A stretch of 38,199 bases of DNA from Verrucomicrobiales bacterium (GTDB lineage: Bacteria; Verrucomicrobiota; Verrucomicrobiia; Verrucomicrobiales; SLCJ01), in assembly GCA_046075565.1 (NCBI GenBank), contig JBJTQJ010000060.1:1-38199 (forward strand), written 5' to 3'. Every line of letters starts with the position of its first letter. Position 1 is the stretch's first letter. A program made the position numbers and the translations under genes. The notes below the pieces were generated by a model. That model searched no databases, was not told the origin of the DNA, and worked only from the letters and a program-made list of their open reading frames with translations. Positions 28,174-38,199 of this stretch are shown here, piece by piece.

Positions 28174-28716
28174 ATGAATTCGTCATCAGAATCCAGCCTG
28201 CTCGTCGGCCGGATCGATGGCACACTCTGGGTGAGAGTGGAAAGCCGGGGGTCGTTCAAGAATAGTCCGGACCTGCGGGCCGTGGCGGAAAGTGGCATGC
28301 GCCGCGGCATGCAGCGGATTGTCGTGGACTTGGCCGCATGTCCGATCATGGACTCCACTTTCATGGGCACGCTCACTTCGCTGCATCTCGCGTTGGAAAA
28401 GCTGCCGGATGGGGGCGGAAATCTGATTGTGCTCAACGCCAATGATCGCAACCTCGATTTGTTACAGAGCCTCGGATTGGACAACGTTTTTCATGTGGAC
28501 AAGGACGGAACGGAACTTCCGGAATTGCGCCGGGAGGTGGACGAGGAAATTCTGGCGCGGGCGATTGTGCAGCCACTGGATAAGACCGAACACGCTGCCC
28601 ATGTTCTCGAAGCGCACGAAGCCCTGGCCGGGGCGAACGAGGCCAATCGCGACCGCTTCCGTGATGTCGTCTCTTTTCTCCGCTCAGAAGTGCAGGGTGA
28701 TAGCGCAAAATCCTGA
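28174..28716 (+). CDS. STAS-domain anti-sigma factor antagonist
   Basis: IVVDLAACPIMDSTFMGTL (phosphorylatable DS); LLQSLGLD; C-terminal extension VLEAHEAL...NRDRFRDV. Confidence 0.88.
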   Translation: MNSSSESSLLVGRIDGTLWVRVESRGSFKNSPDLRAVAESGMRRGMQRIVVDLAACPIMDSTFMGTLTSLHLALEKLPDGGGNLIVLNANDRNLDLLQSLGLDNVFHVDKDGTELPELRREVDEEILARAIVQPLDKTEHAAHVLEAHEALAGANEANRDRFRDVVSFLRSEVQGDSAKS

Positions 28717-28749
28717 AGCGCCTCTGATTTTCCTTCCGCAATAGCAACC

Positions 28750-30213
28750 ATGACGAAGGAAGCCCCGCACATCTGGCACCCGCTATCGACGGTCACATCG
28801 GTCATACTCGTGGCCGTGTGTGTCGCGCTGGTGGTCGTGATCTTGCGTGTCCGGCGGCATCTGCAAAAAGCACGCCAGGAACGCGAGGCCATCGAAGGCG
28901 AGGAATACCGAATGTTCGATTTCCTGCACGGACTGGGCGAAAAAGTCTTCGGGGCGGGATCCGCCCGGCTCATGCACCGCGAGGTCGTCAATGGTGTCTC
29001 CAAAGTGGTGGGTGCGAAAGGCGGCATCCTCTACATGCACGACGTTGCGCGCGGCCAACTCGTTCCGGTTTTCGCGACAAGCAAATGCCCGGCCCTCCTG
29101 CCCTTGCCGCCGGAAATCCTGACCGCCCTCGAGATCAATCCCAAGGCTCTGCGCGGTCACCAACAACTCCAGGCCTTGCCATTGGATCAAGGTCCCGCCG
29201 CCGAAGCCCTGCGCGATCACAAGGCGGTATCCATTCCCGCGTTCGCCGGACTACTTCCCGGCAAAAAAAACATGAAATCCCCCGAGTTGGTGCCCGCCAT
29301 GCTGGCCCCACTCTACCGTGGCGATGAACCACTCGGCGTGCTTGTCGTCGCGCGTAAGCCCGGTGCCCAGCCATTTTCAGCCAATGATTTCACCGTTTTC
29401 CAATCGGCCGCCGAACAAAGCGGCTTCGCCATGGTGAGCGCCATGACCCACAAGGAAGCGACGGAGAAACGCAAGCTCGAGAGCGAATTGAAAACCGCTT
29501 CCGAAATCCAGCGCATCCTTCTTCCCGAGAAGGATCCGGATGTCGAAGGCTGGAAAGTCCGTGGCGCGAACCGTCCCGCCCGTTACGTATCAGGTGACTA
29601 CTTCGACTATATTCCTGTCGATTCCGAACGCACCGGCATCGTCATCGCCGATGTCTCGGGCAAAGGTGTCGCCGCCTCCCTGCTCACCGCCATGTGCCGC
29701 AGCGTGCTGCGTGTGGCCGCAGCCGGCAGCCTCTCGCCCTCGGCCGCCCTCGCCCGCTTGAACCGCATTCTTTATCCGGATGTGCGTGAGGACATGTTCA
29801 TTTCCCTCGCCTACATCCTCCTCCACCACGCGCATGGCGAGGTCGTGCTCAGCCGCGCCGGCCACGATGCTCCCCTGCTCTACCGCGCCAAAACGGGCGA
29901 GGTCGAGCGAATCAAATGCCCGGGGCTTGCTCTCGGCATCGACGAAGGCCCCGTCTTCGAGCGCGTCACGCGCGATCATGTTTTTGAAATGTTCCCCGGC
30001 GACGTGCTCCTGCTATTCACCGACGGCGTGAACGAGGCCATGGACGAAAACGGGGATGAATTCGGCATGGATCGCCTCACCGCCCTCGTGCGCGACCACG
30101 CCCGCGAGGGTGCGAGCTCGGTGATGGAAGCGGTTACCTCCGCCGTGGCCGTCTTTGCCGGCGACCAGCCCCAAAGCGACGACATTACCTTGATCGTGGT
30201 GGAAAAATGTTGA
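28750..30213 (+). CDS. Membrane-anchored GAF + SpoIIE/RsbU-type PP2C phosphatase
   Basis: N-terminal TM; GAF region; IQRILLP; VSGDYFD; IADVSGKG; AGH; FTDGVNEA; QSDDIT. Confidence 0.92.
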   Translation: MTKEAPHIWHPLSTVTSVILVAVCVALVVVILRVRRHLQKARQEREAIEGEEYRMFDFLHGLGEKVFGAGSARLMHREVVNGVSKVVGAKGGILYMHDVARGQLVPVFATSKCPALLPLPPEILTALEINPKALRGHQQLQALPLDQGPAAEALRDHKAVSIPAFAGLLPGKKNMKSPELVPAMLAPLYRGDEPLGVLVVARKPGAQPFSANDFTVFQSAAEQSGFAMVSAMTHKEATEKRKLESELKTASEIQRILLPEKDPDVEGWKVRGANRPARYVSGDYFDYIPVDSERTGIVIADVSGKGVAASLLTAMCRSVLRVAAAGSLSPSAALARLNRILYPDVREDMFISLAYILLHHAHGEVVLSRAGHDAPLLYRAKTGEVERIKCPGLALGIDEGPVFERVTRDHVFEMFPGDVLLLFTDGVNEAMDENGDEFGMDRLTALVRDHAREGASSVMEAVTSAVAVFAGDQPQSDDITLIVVEKC

Positions 30214-30252
30214 ACATTAGCCGCCCTTCGCTCCCCGAAGAGAACTCCCGCC

Positions 30253-30855
30253 ATGATGCCCAAGGATTCCCCCGCCGAAACCGACCAAGAATCGCCCGCT
30301 CCCGTGGATCCGTCCGCCGGTGAAGCGGCGGAGACGACCGCTGCCGAAATAGGCGAGATCGACAAACTCGACCCCTACGCCGCCCTTGAAAACGAGCGGG
30401 ATCGCTGGAAAGACCTCGCCCTGCGGGTTCAGGCCGATTTCGACAATTTTCGCAAACGCACCGCTCGCGAGGTAACCGAAATCCGGCGATTCGCCGCCTC
30501 CGCCCTGCTCGAAGACCTCCTGCCCGTGCTCGACAACTTCGACCTCGGGCTCATGGCCGCCCGCCAAGCCGGGGAAAATTCCCCCATCTCCATGGGCATG
30601 GCCATGGTGCGCCGCCAGCTCGATGATTTCCTTAACAGCCAGGGCGTGAAGGAAATCCCGACCGATGGCGAACGCTTCGATCCGACTCGCCACGACGCCG
30701 TCGCCACCGAAGCCGATGCCGCCATCCCCGAAGGGACCATCATCCGCGTGGCACGCAAAGGGTACTTCCTGCACGACCGCGTCCTCCGCGCCCCCAGCGT
30801 TGTTGTCTCCAGCGGACCCGCCGCGGAATCTCCGGAACCGCAAGCCGCCGACTGA
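30253..30855 (+). CDS. grpE: Nucleotide exchange factor GrpE
   Basis: [44 protein letters not shown]. Confidence 0.95.
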   Translation: MMPKDSPAETDQESPAPVDPSAGEAAETTAAEIGEIDKLDPYAALENERDRWKDLALRVQADFDNFRKRTAREVTEIRRFAASALLEDLLPVLDNFDLGLMAARQAGENSPISMGMAMVRRQLDDFLNSQGVKEIPTDGERFDPTRHDAVATEADAAIPEGTIIRVARKGYFLHDRVLRAPSVVVSSGPAAESPEPQAAD

Positions 30856-30875
30856 GGCCCCGCCCCACCACGAAC

Positions 30876-32033
30876 ATGGCGAACAAACGCGACTACTACG
30901 AGATTCTGGGTGTCAGCCGGGAAGCCAGCGCCGACGAACTGAAAAAGGCCTACCGCAAGCTTGCAGTGCAATTCCACCCGGATAAAAACCCCGGTGACAA
31001 AAACGCCGAGGAAAAGTTCAAGGAGATCGGCGAAGCCTACGAGGCCCTCAGTGATCCCGACAAACGCGCGGCCTATGATCGCTACGGCCACGCCGCCTTC
31101 CAAGGCGGTGGCGGAGGTGCTGGCGCGGGCGGATTCCCCGGAGGCTTCCACGATGCCGCCGACATCTTCAACCAGGTCTTCGGCTCGGCATTCGGATTCG
31201 AAGATATCTTCGGCGGTGGCGGACGCCGCCAGCGCCGCGATCCCTCCGGTCGCTCGCGAGGCTCCGACCTGCGCTACGACCTCGAGATTACCCTCGAAGA
31301 GGCGGCCCGTGGAACCGAGAAAGAGATCGAAATCGAGAAACTCGGTCCCTGCCAGACATGTTCGGGCAGTGGGTCCCGTTCAAGTGGGGGCGCGAAAACC
31401 TGCACCACTTGCGGCGGCAGCGGGCACGTCATTTCCTCGCGCGGATTTTTCCAAGTCCAGCAGACCTGCCCCGCCTGCCACGGCACCGGCCAGACGCTCA
31501 GCGACCCGTGTCCATCCTGCGGCGGCGAAGGCCGCACCCGCCAGACCAGCCGGGTGCGCATCCGCATCCCCGTTGGGGTTGATTCCGGCACCCGCCTCCG
31601 CACCAGCGGCAATGGCGACAGCGGAACCCGCGGTGGTCCCGCTGGTGACCTGTATGTCGTCATCCATGTGAAGGCGCATGAGTTGTTCGAACGCGATGGC
31701 GATGACCTCCACTGCATCGTGCCCGTGCCCTTCCCGCGCGCCGCTCTCGGCGGCGAGGTGAAAGTGCCGACGCTCGAAGGTTCCACCACCATCAAGGTTC
31801 CGGCCGGCACCCAGAGCGGCACACAATTCCGCGTGCGCGGCAAAGGCATGCCCGTGCTCGGCGGAGGGCAACGCCACGGCGACCTCTACGTGCATCTTGA
31901 AGTCGAAGTCCCGACCAAACTCAACGCCGACCAACGCAAGTTGCTCGAACAACTCGCCGACAGCATGGGCATGGAGAATAGCCCGAAGCAGGAATCGTTC
32001 TTTGAGAAAGCCAAGAAATTCTTCTCCGAATGA
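30876..32033 (+). CDS. dnaJ: Chaperone DnaJ
   Basis: J-domain with HPD; G/F-rich linker; four CxxCxGxG repeats; C-terminal domain. Confidence 0.97.
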   Translation: MANKRDYYEILGVSREASADELKKAYRKLAVQFHPDKNPGDKNAEEKFKEIGEAYEALSDPDKRAAYDRYGHAAFQGGGGGAGAGGFPGGFHDAADIFNQVFGSAFGFEDIFGGGGRRQRRDPSGRSRGSDLRYDLEITLEEAARGTEKEIEIEKLGPCQTCSGSGSRSSGGAKTCTTCGGSGHVISSRGFFQVQQTCPACHGTGQTLSDPCPSCGGEGRTRQTSRVRIRIPVGVDSGTRLRTSGNGDSGTRGGPAGDLYVVIHVKAHELFERDGDDLHCIVPVPFPRAALGGEVKVPTLEGSTTIKVPAGTQSGTQFRVRGKGMPVLGGGQRHGDLYVHLEVEVPTKLNADQRKLLEQLADSMGMENSPKQESFFEKAKKFFSE

Positions 32034-33127
32034 AGAATCCAGACCGCATCCATGTCGCCCTGTCGCACGCCCCCTACGATGTGCTCGTGGGAGACGGCGT
32101 GGCATCGAGGATCGGAGAAGTTGTTAGAAATGTCGTCCCGGGCAGCAAAGCGGCGTTGCTCACCGACAGCAATGTCGCGCCATTACATGCCGCACCCGTC
32201 CGCGCCGCCCTGGAGGCCTCCGGCATCGCGGTAACCGAGGTAATCGTGCCCGCCGGCGAGGCCAGCAAATCCATGGCCGTGGCCGATGACAGCTGCCGCG
32301 CCATGATCCGCGGCGGACTGGATCGAAAAAGCTTTCTCGTTGCCCTCGGTGGGGGCGTCGTCGGAGACCTCGCCGGTTTTGTGGCCGCCATCTACTACCG
32401 TGGTATCCCATTTGTCCAACTTCCCACCACCATCGTCGCGCAGGTCGATTCTTCGGTCGGCGGAAAAACCGGCGTCAATGCACCGGAAGGGAAAAACCTC
32501 ATCGGGGCCTTCCACCAGCCCTCGGCCGTTCTCGCCGACACCCTTTTGTTGGGAACCCTGCCGCCGCGCGAATTCAACGAAGGCATGGCGGAGGTGATCA
32601 AACACGCCGCCATCCGCGATGCCGCCATGCTCGACGATATCCTGGCGCTCGACCCGGCCTCACGCTCCGGACTCGCGCCACTCGTCGCACGTAATGTCGC
32701 CATCAAGGCCCGCATCGTCGAAGCCGATGAAAAGGAAACCCTCGGCCTTCGCGCGTTGCTCAATTTCGGCCATACCATTGGCCATGCCATCGAAGCGGAA
32801 GCCGGTTACGGGAAAATGTTGCACGGCGAAGCCATCGCTCTCGGGCTGCGCGCCGCCCTCGAATTGTCGGTCCAAAAATCCGGCCTCGACCCGGCCTTCG
32901 CCCATCGTTGCCTCGAAGCCCTCGCCCGGTTTGATCTGCCGCTCGTGCTCCCGGATACCTTCCATGACGATGCGCTGCTCGCCCACCTTGCCCGCGACAA
33001 GAAGTTCGAAGAGGGAGCCATCCGCTTCGTCCTGCTCGACTCGCCGGGCTCGGCCTTTGTCAGCAAGGACGTGACCATTGCCGACATCCGCAACGCCATC
33101 GCACGCCTGCGGACGGATTGGAGTTGA
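32030..33127 (+). CDS. aroB: 3-dehydroquinate synthase
   Basis: [54 protein letters not shown] overlap with dnaJ. Confidence 0.96.
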   Translation: MKNPDRIHVALSHAPYDVLVGDGVASRIGEVVRNVVPGSKAALLTDSNVAPLHAAPVRAALEASGIAVTEVIVPAGEASKSMAVADDSCRAMIRGGLDRKSFLVALGGGVVGDLAGFVAAIYYRGIPFVQLPTTIVAQVDSSVGGKTGVNAPEGKNLIGAFHQPSAVLADTLLLGTLPPREFNEGMAEVIKHAAIRDAAMLDDILALDPASRSGLAPLVARNVAIKARIVEADEKETLGLRALLNFGHTIGHAIEAEAGYGKMLHGEAIALGLRAALELSVQKSGLDPAFAHRCLEALARFDLPLVLPDTFHDDALLAHLARDKKFEEGAIRFVLLDSPGSAFVSKDVTIADIRNAIARLRTDWS

Positions 33128-33187
33128 GCCCTTTCCCTGTATGAGCTGCTGGTGGATAATTGATCAAGACACGGCGACTGTTTCTCT

Positions 33188-33328
33188 GTAGCGGCATCGC
33201 TTCCGATGCCGGGCGGATGAGGAGCCATTTCTTTCAGCCCGACAGGCAAAGATGCCTGTCGCACGACTGCGCTTCCAGCCAGTCGGAAGTGGTGGTCCCA
33301 AGTCCCGGGAGTAGCGCCGGCTTCCCGG
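33188..33328. repeat. Second-family (GTAG/GTGC-foot) REP-like hairpins between convergent genes
   Basis: GTAG-CGGCATCG-CTTC-CGATGCCG at 33188-33211; inverted GTG-CGACAGGCA-TCTT-TGCCTGTCG at 33240-33264; GTAG-CG-CCGG-CTTC-CCGG at 33311-33328. Confidence 0.55.
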
Positions 33329-33436
33329 AGGGAGACGATCCCGAATGGGTCGTGTCCGAATCTTTGGGGTGGGGGCCGCAAAGCCCCGCGACCAAGGGCC
33401 GATTCTCAGCAAAGCCTGTATGACCTCAGTGACCCA

Positions 33437-34444
33437 CTACTTCCTGGCCGGCATAATGGGACTATCCCAACCCGCGAGTTCTGATGGCTTCACCTTCTTC
33501 GCATGTCCCTCAAAGGCGAAGGTGTTAGGCTGGTAAGGCCCGACAAAGGAGATATCGAGGTCAGCCTTGGTTTCCTTTTCCATGCCGAGGGCCCAAAGCA
33601 CACCATTCAGGATCATCCGGCGGTAGTTGTCGTCGAGAATATCCTCCGATGCTCCCTGCGTGCTATGAAAGACGCGGTGTTTGGTGCCGTCTTTGGCGGT
33701 GTAGTGCCGTGTCCACGTCGAAGGCATGGGTGGCTTCTCTGTATCGGGCTCTGACGCGGGATCCATCGATACCAGCGGCTGCGAGTTGGTCAGGACAGTG
33801 AAATCGGGACCAGCCTTGCCGACGTAGGCACCGGCGTGACAAAAGGCGGTTTCACCAACACCCGTGAGGATCACATGTCCACGCTGTTCGGGAATCGTGA
33901 TAATACGGGTGCCCTGTTTGTGGTTCGTTCCATAGTGCCCGACCCAGGTGTTGCCGAGGATCTGATGACCGAAACCACTTTCGAATCCTTCGACCTTCGA
34001 ACGAAAATCATACTTCGCGTATTTTTTGCCTGCGGGGATGCGGAAAGCGTGGGATGAAGTGCGCAATCCGACGACCGGCCCGCCGCGTTCGAGATACGCT
34101 TCGATATGGGCCATCTGATCATCAGGCAAATCAAGGAAACGGGCGACAACAAAGAACAGATCCGCACTGTCGAGAGCATCAAGACCCGAGACCCGCGAGG
34201 AACCGGCCTCAATGAATCCCTGTTCGTCCACTCCGAAAACCACCGTGCACTTGAAACCCAGACGTTTTGCGAGGATGCGCGCCAGGGCCGGGCAGACCTC
34301 CTCGGCTCGATACTCATGATCGCTGGCCAGGAAAACAATGTGTTTGCCGAGACCTGGACCGGCCTCCCCCTGATAGACGACGGGTGATGCCTGCATGGCG
34401 GTGGTGGCGAAGATGGTGGCGAGAAGAAGGCGGAGTGATTTCAT
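33437..34444 (-). CDS. Secreted ThuA-like (class I glutamine-amidotransferase fold) protein
   Basis: Signal peptide; HIVFLASDHEYRAEE; GGPVVGLRTSSHAF; RVFHSTQG; RRMILNGVLWALG. Confidence 0.75.
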   Translation of the reverse strand: MKSLRLLLATIFATTAMQASPVVYQGEAGPGLGKHIVFLASDHEYRAEEVCPALARILAKRLGFKCTVVFGVDEQGFIEAGSSRVSGLDALDSADLFFVVARFLDLPDDQMAHIEAYLERGGPVVGLRTSSHAFRIPAGKKYAKYDFRSKVEGFESGFGHQILGNTWVGHYGTNHKQGTRIITIPEQRGHVILTGVGETAFCHAGAYVGKAGPDFTVLTNSQPLVSMDPASEPDTEKPPMPSTWTRHYTAKDGTKHRVFHSTQGASEDILDDNYRRMILNGVLWALGMEKETKADLDISFVGPYQPNTFAFEGHAKKVKPSELAGWDSPIMPARK

Positions 34445-34460
34445 CTTGTAGTGATGATGT

Positions 34461-35903
34461 TTAGGCGAAGATAGAGCCGACAGAAACACCTTTTCCATCT
34501 TCGGTGGCATAAAATGGCCGTTTTTCGATGTCGAACACACTCTTCGGGCTAATGCCCATCGCCGTGAAGACGGTGGCGTGCAGATCGGTGATGCTCACCG
34601 GATCCTTGATCGCAACAAGTGGGCGTTCCTCAGCGGTGGCTCCGTGCACGTGCCCGCGTTTCATGCCGCCACCGAACATCACCACCGATGAGCCGGCGGT
34701 GAAATGCCGGTGCAGACCATAATGCTTCGATTCCTCGAGGGTGTCCGATTTGGCACGCGATTGATCCTTGGCCTCCGAACCGGGTTTGCCCTCCATCATC
34801 ATATCGCGGCTGAACTCGCTGGCGATGATGACAAGGGTGCGGTCGAGCATTCCGCGTTCCTCGAGATCGCGCACCAGCGTGGCGATCGGACGATCAATCT
34901 CCCGTTTCAGACGCGCCGCGGTTTCATGACCGTTTTCGTGCGTGTCCCAATGCAGGAAGGGCACATATTCCGTGGTCACGGAGATAAAGCGGGCTCCCGA
35001 TTCGGCGAGACGGCGCGCGAGCAGGCAGCCGCGTCCGAAACGCGTGTCGCCATAGGCATCGAGGGTTTCTTTCTTTTCGGTCGTAAGATCGAAGGCGGAT
35101 TTTTCATCCGACTGGAGCAAGCGGTGGGCATTATCCATCGCGCGGATGAGCGAACCCTGCTGATGATCACTCATGAAGTCGCGATGGGGATTGGCATCCA
35201 CGAGCTTCTGGTAGAGACGGTAGCGGCTCGAAAAACGTCCGGCGTCCATACCTTCGGGCGGCTTGACCGAACGCGCGGCCTCATCCGGATATGGGAGATT
35301 GAACGGACCGTATTCCGCTCCGAAGAATCCCGCGGTGGTGAAGGCCTTCAGCTCCTCGCTTTCCCCGATACCCTCGAGCCGTTGCCCGATGTTGATGAAC
35401 GCGGGCATGACCGGGTTCCGTGGACCCAGGATCCGCGCCATCCAAGCACCGATATGCGGAGCGGCGACGGTTTGCGGAGGCACATAGCCGGTCATCCAGT
35501 GGTATTGGTGGCGCGAGTGAAGGATGGTGCCCAGATCCGGTTGGACATGCGAGCGGATGAGCGTCGCGCGGTCCAGAACTTTCGCGATTTCTTCCAGCCC
35601 CGCGCTGATGTGCACGCCATCAACGGCCGTGGGAATGGAGGGGAAAGTGGATAACACCTTATCCACCGGCAATCCTTTTTGGAATGGCTGATAGGCCTTC
35701 GGGTCGAAGGTTTCAGGGGCGGCCATGCCACCGGCCATCCAGAGCAGAATACAACAATCCGCAGTCGCTTTGGGATGCACAACCGGCTCATTTGCACGCA
35801 GGCGGGGTGCTCCCGCCATCAGCGCGGCGAGACTTGAGCCGGAGAGGGCTCGGAGGAATTCCCGGCGTTTGGTGGTTTCCAAGATTCGATGGGGGGTATT
35901 CAT
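34461..35903 (-). CDS. DUF1501 domain protein (Tat-exported)
   Basis: KRREFL Tat motif; ILLWMAGG...ETFDPK; GCLLARRL; WDTH; DLEERGMLDRTLV..SEFSR; GGGMKRG. Confidence 0.9.
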   Translation of the reverse strand: MNTPHRILETTKRREFLRALSGSSLAALMAGAPRLRANEPVVHPKATADCCILLWMAGGMAAPETFDPKAYQPFQKGLPVDKVLSTFPSIPTAVDGVHISAGLEEIAKVLDRATLIRSHVQPDLGTILHSRHQYHWMTGYVPPQTVAAPHIGAWMARILGPRNPVMPAFINIGQRLEGIGESEELKAFTTAGFFGAEYGPFNLPYPDEAARSVKPPEGMDAGRFSSRYRLYQKLVDANPHRDFMSDHQQGSLIRAMDNAHRLLQSDEKSAFDLTTEKKETLDAYGDTRFGRGCLLARRLAESGARFISVTTEYVPFLHWDTHENGHETAARLKREIDRPIATLVRDLEERGMLDRTLVIIASEFSRDMMMEGKPGSEAKDQSRAKSDTLEESKHYGLHRHFTAGSSVVMFGGGMKRGHVHGATAEERPLVAIKDPVSITDLHATVFTAMGISPKSVFDIEKRPFYATEDGKGVSVGSIFA

Positions 35904-35912
35904 GGCTTGGGA

Positions 35913-37817
35913 TTAGCGGACGAATTGGAATTCAGGGAGAAGGAGGATCATCCAGAGAAAATCTTCAATGGCTTGGGCCGATGGCTCGGGTCCGAGAGCA
36001 GCGACAAGAAGCGACTTCTCTTCGGAAGTTGGCGGTCGGGTGAGCGCTTGGAGATACATTTCCTCCACCATGGCTCCAGTGTCGTCTTTGGCGGCGGCAA
36101 GTTTCGCTGCGCCTTGTTTGAGAAGTCCGGTAAGCTGGTTTCCGTTTGCCAGGTCGATGGCTTCGAGTGTCGTGACGGTATCCGGCCTCATGCTCACGAT
36201 TTGCTCGCGGTTCGGGCGTCCAAGCGCCCTCATGAGCAAGTCGGCGGGCACAAGAGAAGCACGGGTGAATGAGGCAGCTTGCCCATCCGGTGTGGCCTTG
36301 CGGGCGGCTTGGATCGCCGCGTGCGGGTTCGCCGGGGCCGTGCCGGTGAGCGACCACACGGCATCCATGAATTGTTCGGCGGTCAGGCGTTTCACCACCG
36401 GTCCTCGAAATACCTTGTGCTCGGAGGGGTCGGCAATGTTCACGCATTCGGATTGGTAAATGGAAGATCCCGCAATGTAGGCAAGGGCCTTGCGGATATC
36501 GTAGCCATCCTGAGTGAAGCGGACCGCGAGGTGGTCGAGCAGATCCGCATTCCAAGGTGGTGTGTCCATGGCATCAACCGGATGCACGATGCCATGGCCC
36601 ATGAGCCGTTGCCAAAGGCGGTTCACCATGGTGCGGCAGAATCGACCATTTTCCGGATGGGTCATGAGCCCGGCGAGTTGCTCCAGTCGCTTCGCTTTTG
36701 GTGCATTCGCATCGATATTTCCCAGCTCGGGAAAGATCCACGCGGGGGTGGCCATGCGCCCGGTCGGTTTGTCGCAGCGTGCGATCTCGATGGGTTTCTC
36801 ACTGAAGATGGCGGCGAGCCCGTATGCTTCATCAAGCTTCCACCGGTCCACGAACGAATCATGGCAGGACGCGCATTTCATGTTCAGGCCGAGGAAAGTC
36901 TGCGAAATTGACTGGGAGAATTGCACTTCGCGGGTCTGGGACGCATTCACGGTTCCGCGCCATTGGATGCCATTGATGAATCCGGCCGACTCTTTTGTCG
37001 GAGGGGAGAGAAGCTCCCGCGCGAATTGATCATAGGGTTTGTTCTCCCGCAATGCCTGATAGAGCCAGGACGTGATTTGAGTGCGCCCGCCATCGATGTA
37101 GCCGGTTCCCTGGTAGTCGTTGCGCAGAAGATCGTTCCAGAAGGCAAGCCAGTGATCCGCGTAAGCGGTATCGTCGTCGAGCAGTGCGGCAATGCGCTTG
37201 GCACGTTTGTCCGGCGCAGGGTCGGCCACAAAGGTGGCGATCTCATCTTGGCTCGGCAGAAGTCCGGTCAAGTCGAGTGAAATGCGGCGAAGGAATGTCG
37301 CGTCGTCGATGGGCTGAGGATGTGGCACGCCTTTCTCGGCGAGATAATGATCGACGATCCGGTCAATCGGATGTTCCCGGCCGTCGCGGGCGGGCGGCAG
37401 CTCGGGGTTCCGCGGTTTGAGCGGCGGCTCATAGGCGTCTTTGCCAAAGGTGAAGCCCGGCTCCCACTTCATCCCCTCGTCGATCCACCGGCGCACGAAT
37501 TCGATGTCTTCCGGCGGAACCCGCGGGCCTTTCGGTGGCATGCGGTCCACCTTGTCGTCCGACAGCATTGCCTCAATCATCACACTATCCTCGCCTTTGC
37601 CCGCTTCCACCACCGGACCGTATTCAGAGCCCTGCAGAAGCGACTCCCGCGTGTTCATCGACAATCCGGCTTTGCGGTTTTCCCCCATGTGGCATTCGGC
37701 ACAATGATTCCGCAGAATTGGCACCACCTGATGGGCGAAATCGACCTCCGCCGCCGCCAACGGCGCTACGGCTGGAAAAAGGAGGAAAAACCCGGCAGAT
37801 TTGGGCAGACGGCTCAT
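35913..37817 (-). CDS. Planctomycete cytochrome c + DUF1549/DUF1553 (PSD1) protein
   Basis: CAECH then MPP; FLRRISLDLTGLLP; KCASCHD; VNRLWQRLMGHGIVHPVD; RLTAEQFMD; C-terminal PEFQFVR. Confidence 0.88.
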   Translation of the reverse strand: MSRLPKSAGFFLLFPAVAPLAAAEVDFAHQVVPILRNHCAECHMGENRKAGLSMNTRESLLQGSEYGPVVEAGKGEDSVMIEAMLSDDKVDRMPPKGPRVPPEDIEFVRRWIDEGMKWEPGFTFGKDAYEPPLKPRNPELPPARDGREHPIDRIVDHYLAEKGVPHPQPIDDATFLRRISLDLTGLLPSQDEIATFVADPAPDKRAKRIAALLDDDTAYADHWLAFWNDLLRNDYQGTGYIDGGRTQITSWLYQALRENKPYDQFARELLSPPTKESAGFINGIQWRGTVNASQTREVQFSQSISQTFLGLNMKCASCHDSFVDRWKLDEAYGLAAIFSEKPIEIARCDKPTGRMATPAWIFPELGNIDANAPKAKRLEQLAGLMTHPENGRFCRTMVNRLWQRLMGHGIVHPVDAMDTPPWNADLLDHLAVRFTQDGYDIRKALAYIAGSSIYQSECVNIADPSEHKVFRGPVVKRLTAEQFMDAVWSLTGTAPANPHAAIQAARKATPDGQAASFTRASLVPADLLMRALGRPNREQIVSMRPDTVTTLEAIDLANGNQLTGLLKQGAAKLAAAKDDTGAMVEEMYLQALTRPPTSEEKSLLVAALGPEPSAQAIEDFLWMILLLPEFQFVR

Positions 37818-37912
37818 AGGGGGTGGCTCCGTTACGCTAGCAATACGTCCGGAATTTCACCTTTCCGGCCAATTTCCTGGGGTGGCGGGATGAACCAGCG
37901 CGCCTAGCAAGG

Positions 37913-37928
37913 GCATGGCGAGTGCCAA
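37913..37928 (-). promoter_or_regulatory. Candidate sigma-54 (-24/-12) promoter for the DUF1549-DUF1501-ThuA operon
   Basis: Minus strand reads TTGGCACTCGCCATGC, against consensus TGGCAC-N5-TTGC with correct GG/GC spacing, about 95 bp upstream of ATG 37817. Confidence 0.35.
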
Positions 37929-38070
37929 CCCCCAACAGCATTTGCTCCTTTCTCGCTTCTCGGCTGTGACCCCCGCTTTGACCGAATCCAGCGAAAAACC
38001 CGGGCTGGCCTACCAGGTCAAGATACGGGGCTTTTGGTTGGCTCCATTTCTGAGGTGGCGCGAGGGCCGT

Positions 38071-38199
38071 TCACTCCTCCCTGACCTCACCATCCTTCTC
38101 GACATAACCCGACAGAAAAACCAACTTCAATTCCGGCGCGCGGGTCAGGGCGATAGGAGTGATCATCTTGCGATTGAGGGGCGGGTCGCCTCCTTCGAG
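38071..38199 (-). CDS. Possible 3' end of a gene entering from beyond the window
   Basis: Open frame from the window edge, LEGGDPPLNRKMITPIALTRAPELKLVFLSGYVEKDGEVREE*; too short to assign. Confidence 0.35.
   Translation of the reverse strand, partial: LEGGDPPLNRKMITPIALTRAPELKLVFLSGYVEKDGEVREE

Noticed and set aside
30214-30252. CIRCE heat-shock operator before grpE
   Set aside because: No TTAGCACTC-N9-GAGTGCTAA match in the 39-bp gap.
33160-33423. Small ORFs in the aroB-ThuA intergenic region
   Set aside because: No motifs or RBS; the region is better explained by REP-like hairpins.

Overview
GC-rich bacterial chromosomal segment, most likely Verrucomicrobiota (PVC superphylum). This is inferred from the DUF1549/DUF1553 haem-motif proteins, DUF1501, a DUF6288-like protein, a sulfatase and a nuclease-ligase fusion. 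About 33 genes are present: two PVC-type clusters (1-6063 and 33437-37817), carbohydrate and sulfate enzymes, a TetR/AEC transporter pair, orphan ureE/hupE(ureJ), lnt, and housekeeping genes (asd, ispA-like, uxaC, grpE, dnaJ, aroB). There is also a lipoprotein-STAS-PP2C partner-switching module. The most notable structure is a REP-associated tyrosine transposase (RAYT, 22492-23037) embedded in REPIN-like doublets. The two arms of each doublet share a GGACTGC foot but have different hairpin stems. A copy lies 12.5 kb away, and the repeat unit includes the RAYT 3' end. Also notable: a tandem pair of uncharacterised paralogues (one broken by a frameshift plus an internal stop), a YugP-like peptidase lacking HExxH, a sulfatase with CSPSL instead of CxPxR, and a second GTAG-type REP family. 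No rRNA, tRNA or CRISPR array was recognised. All family calls come from motif recognition by eye; no database search was run.
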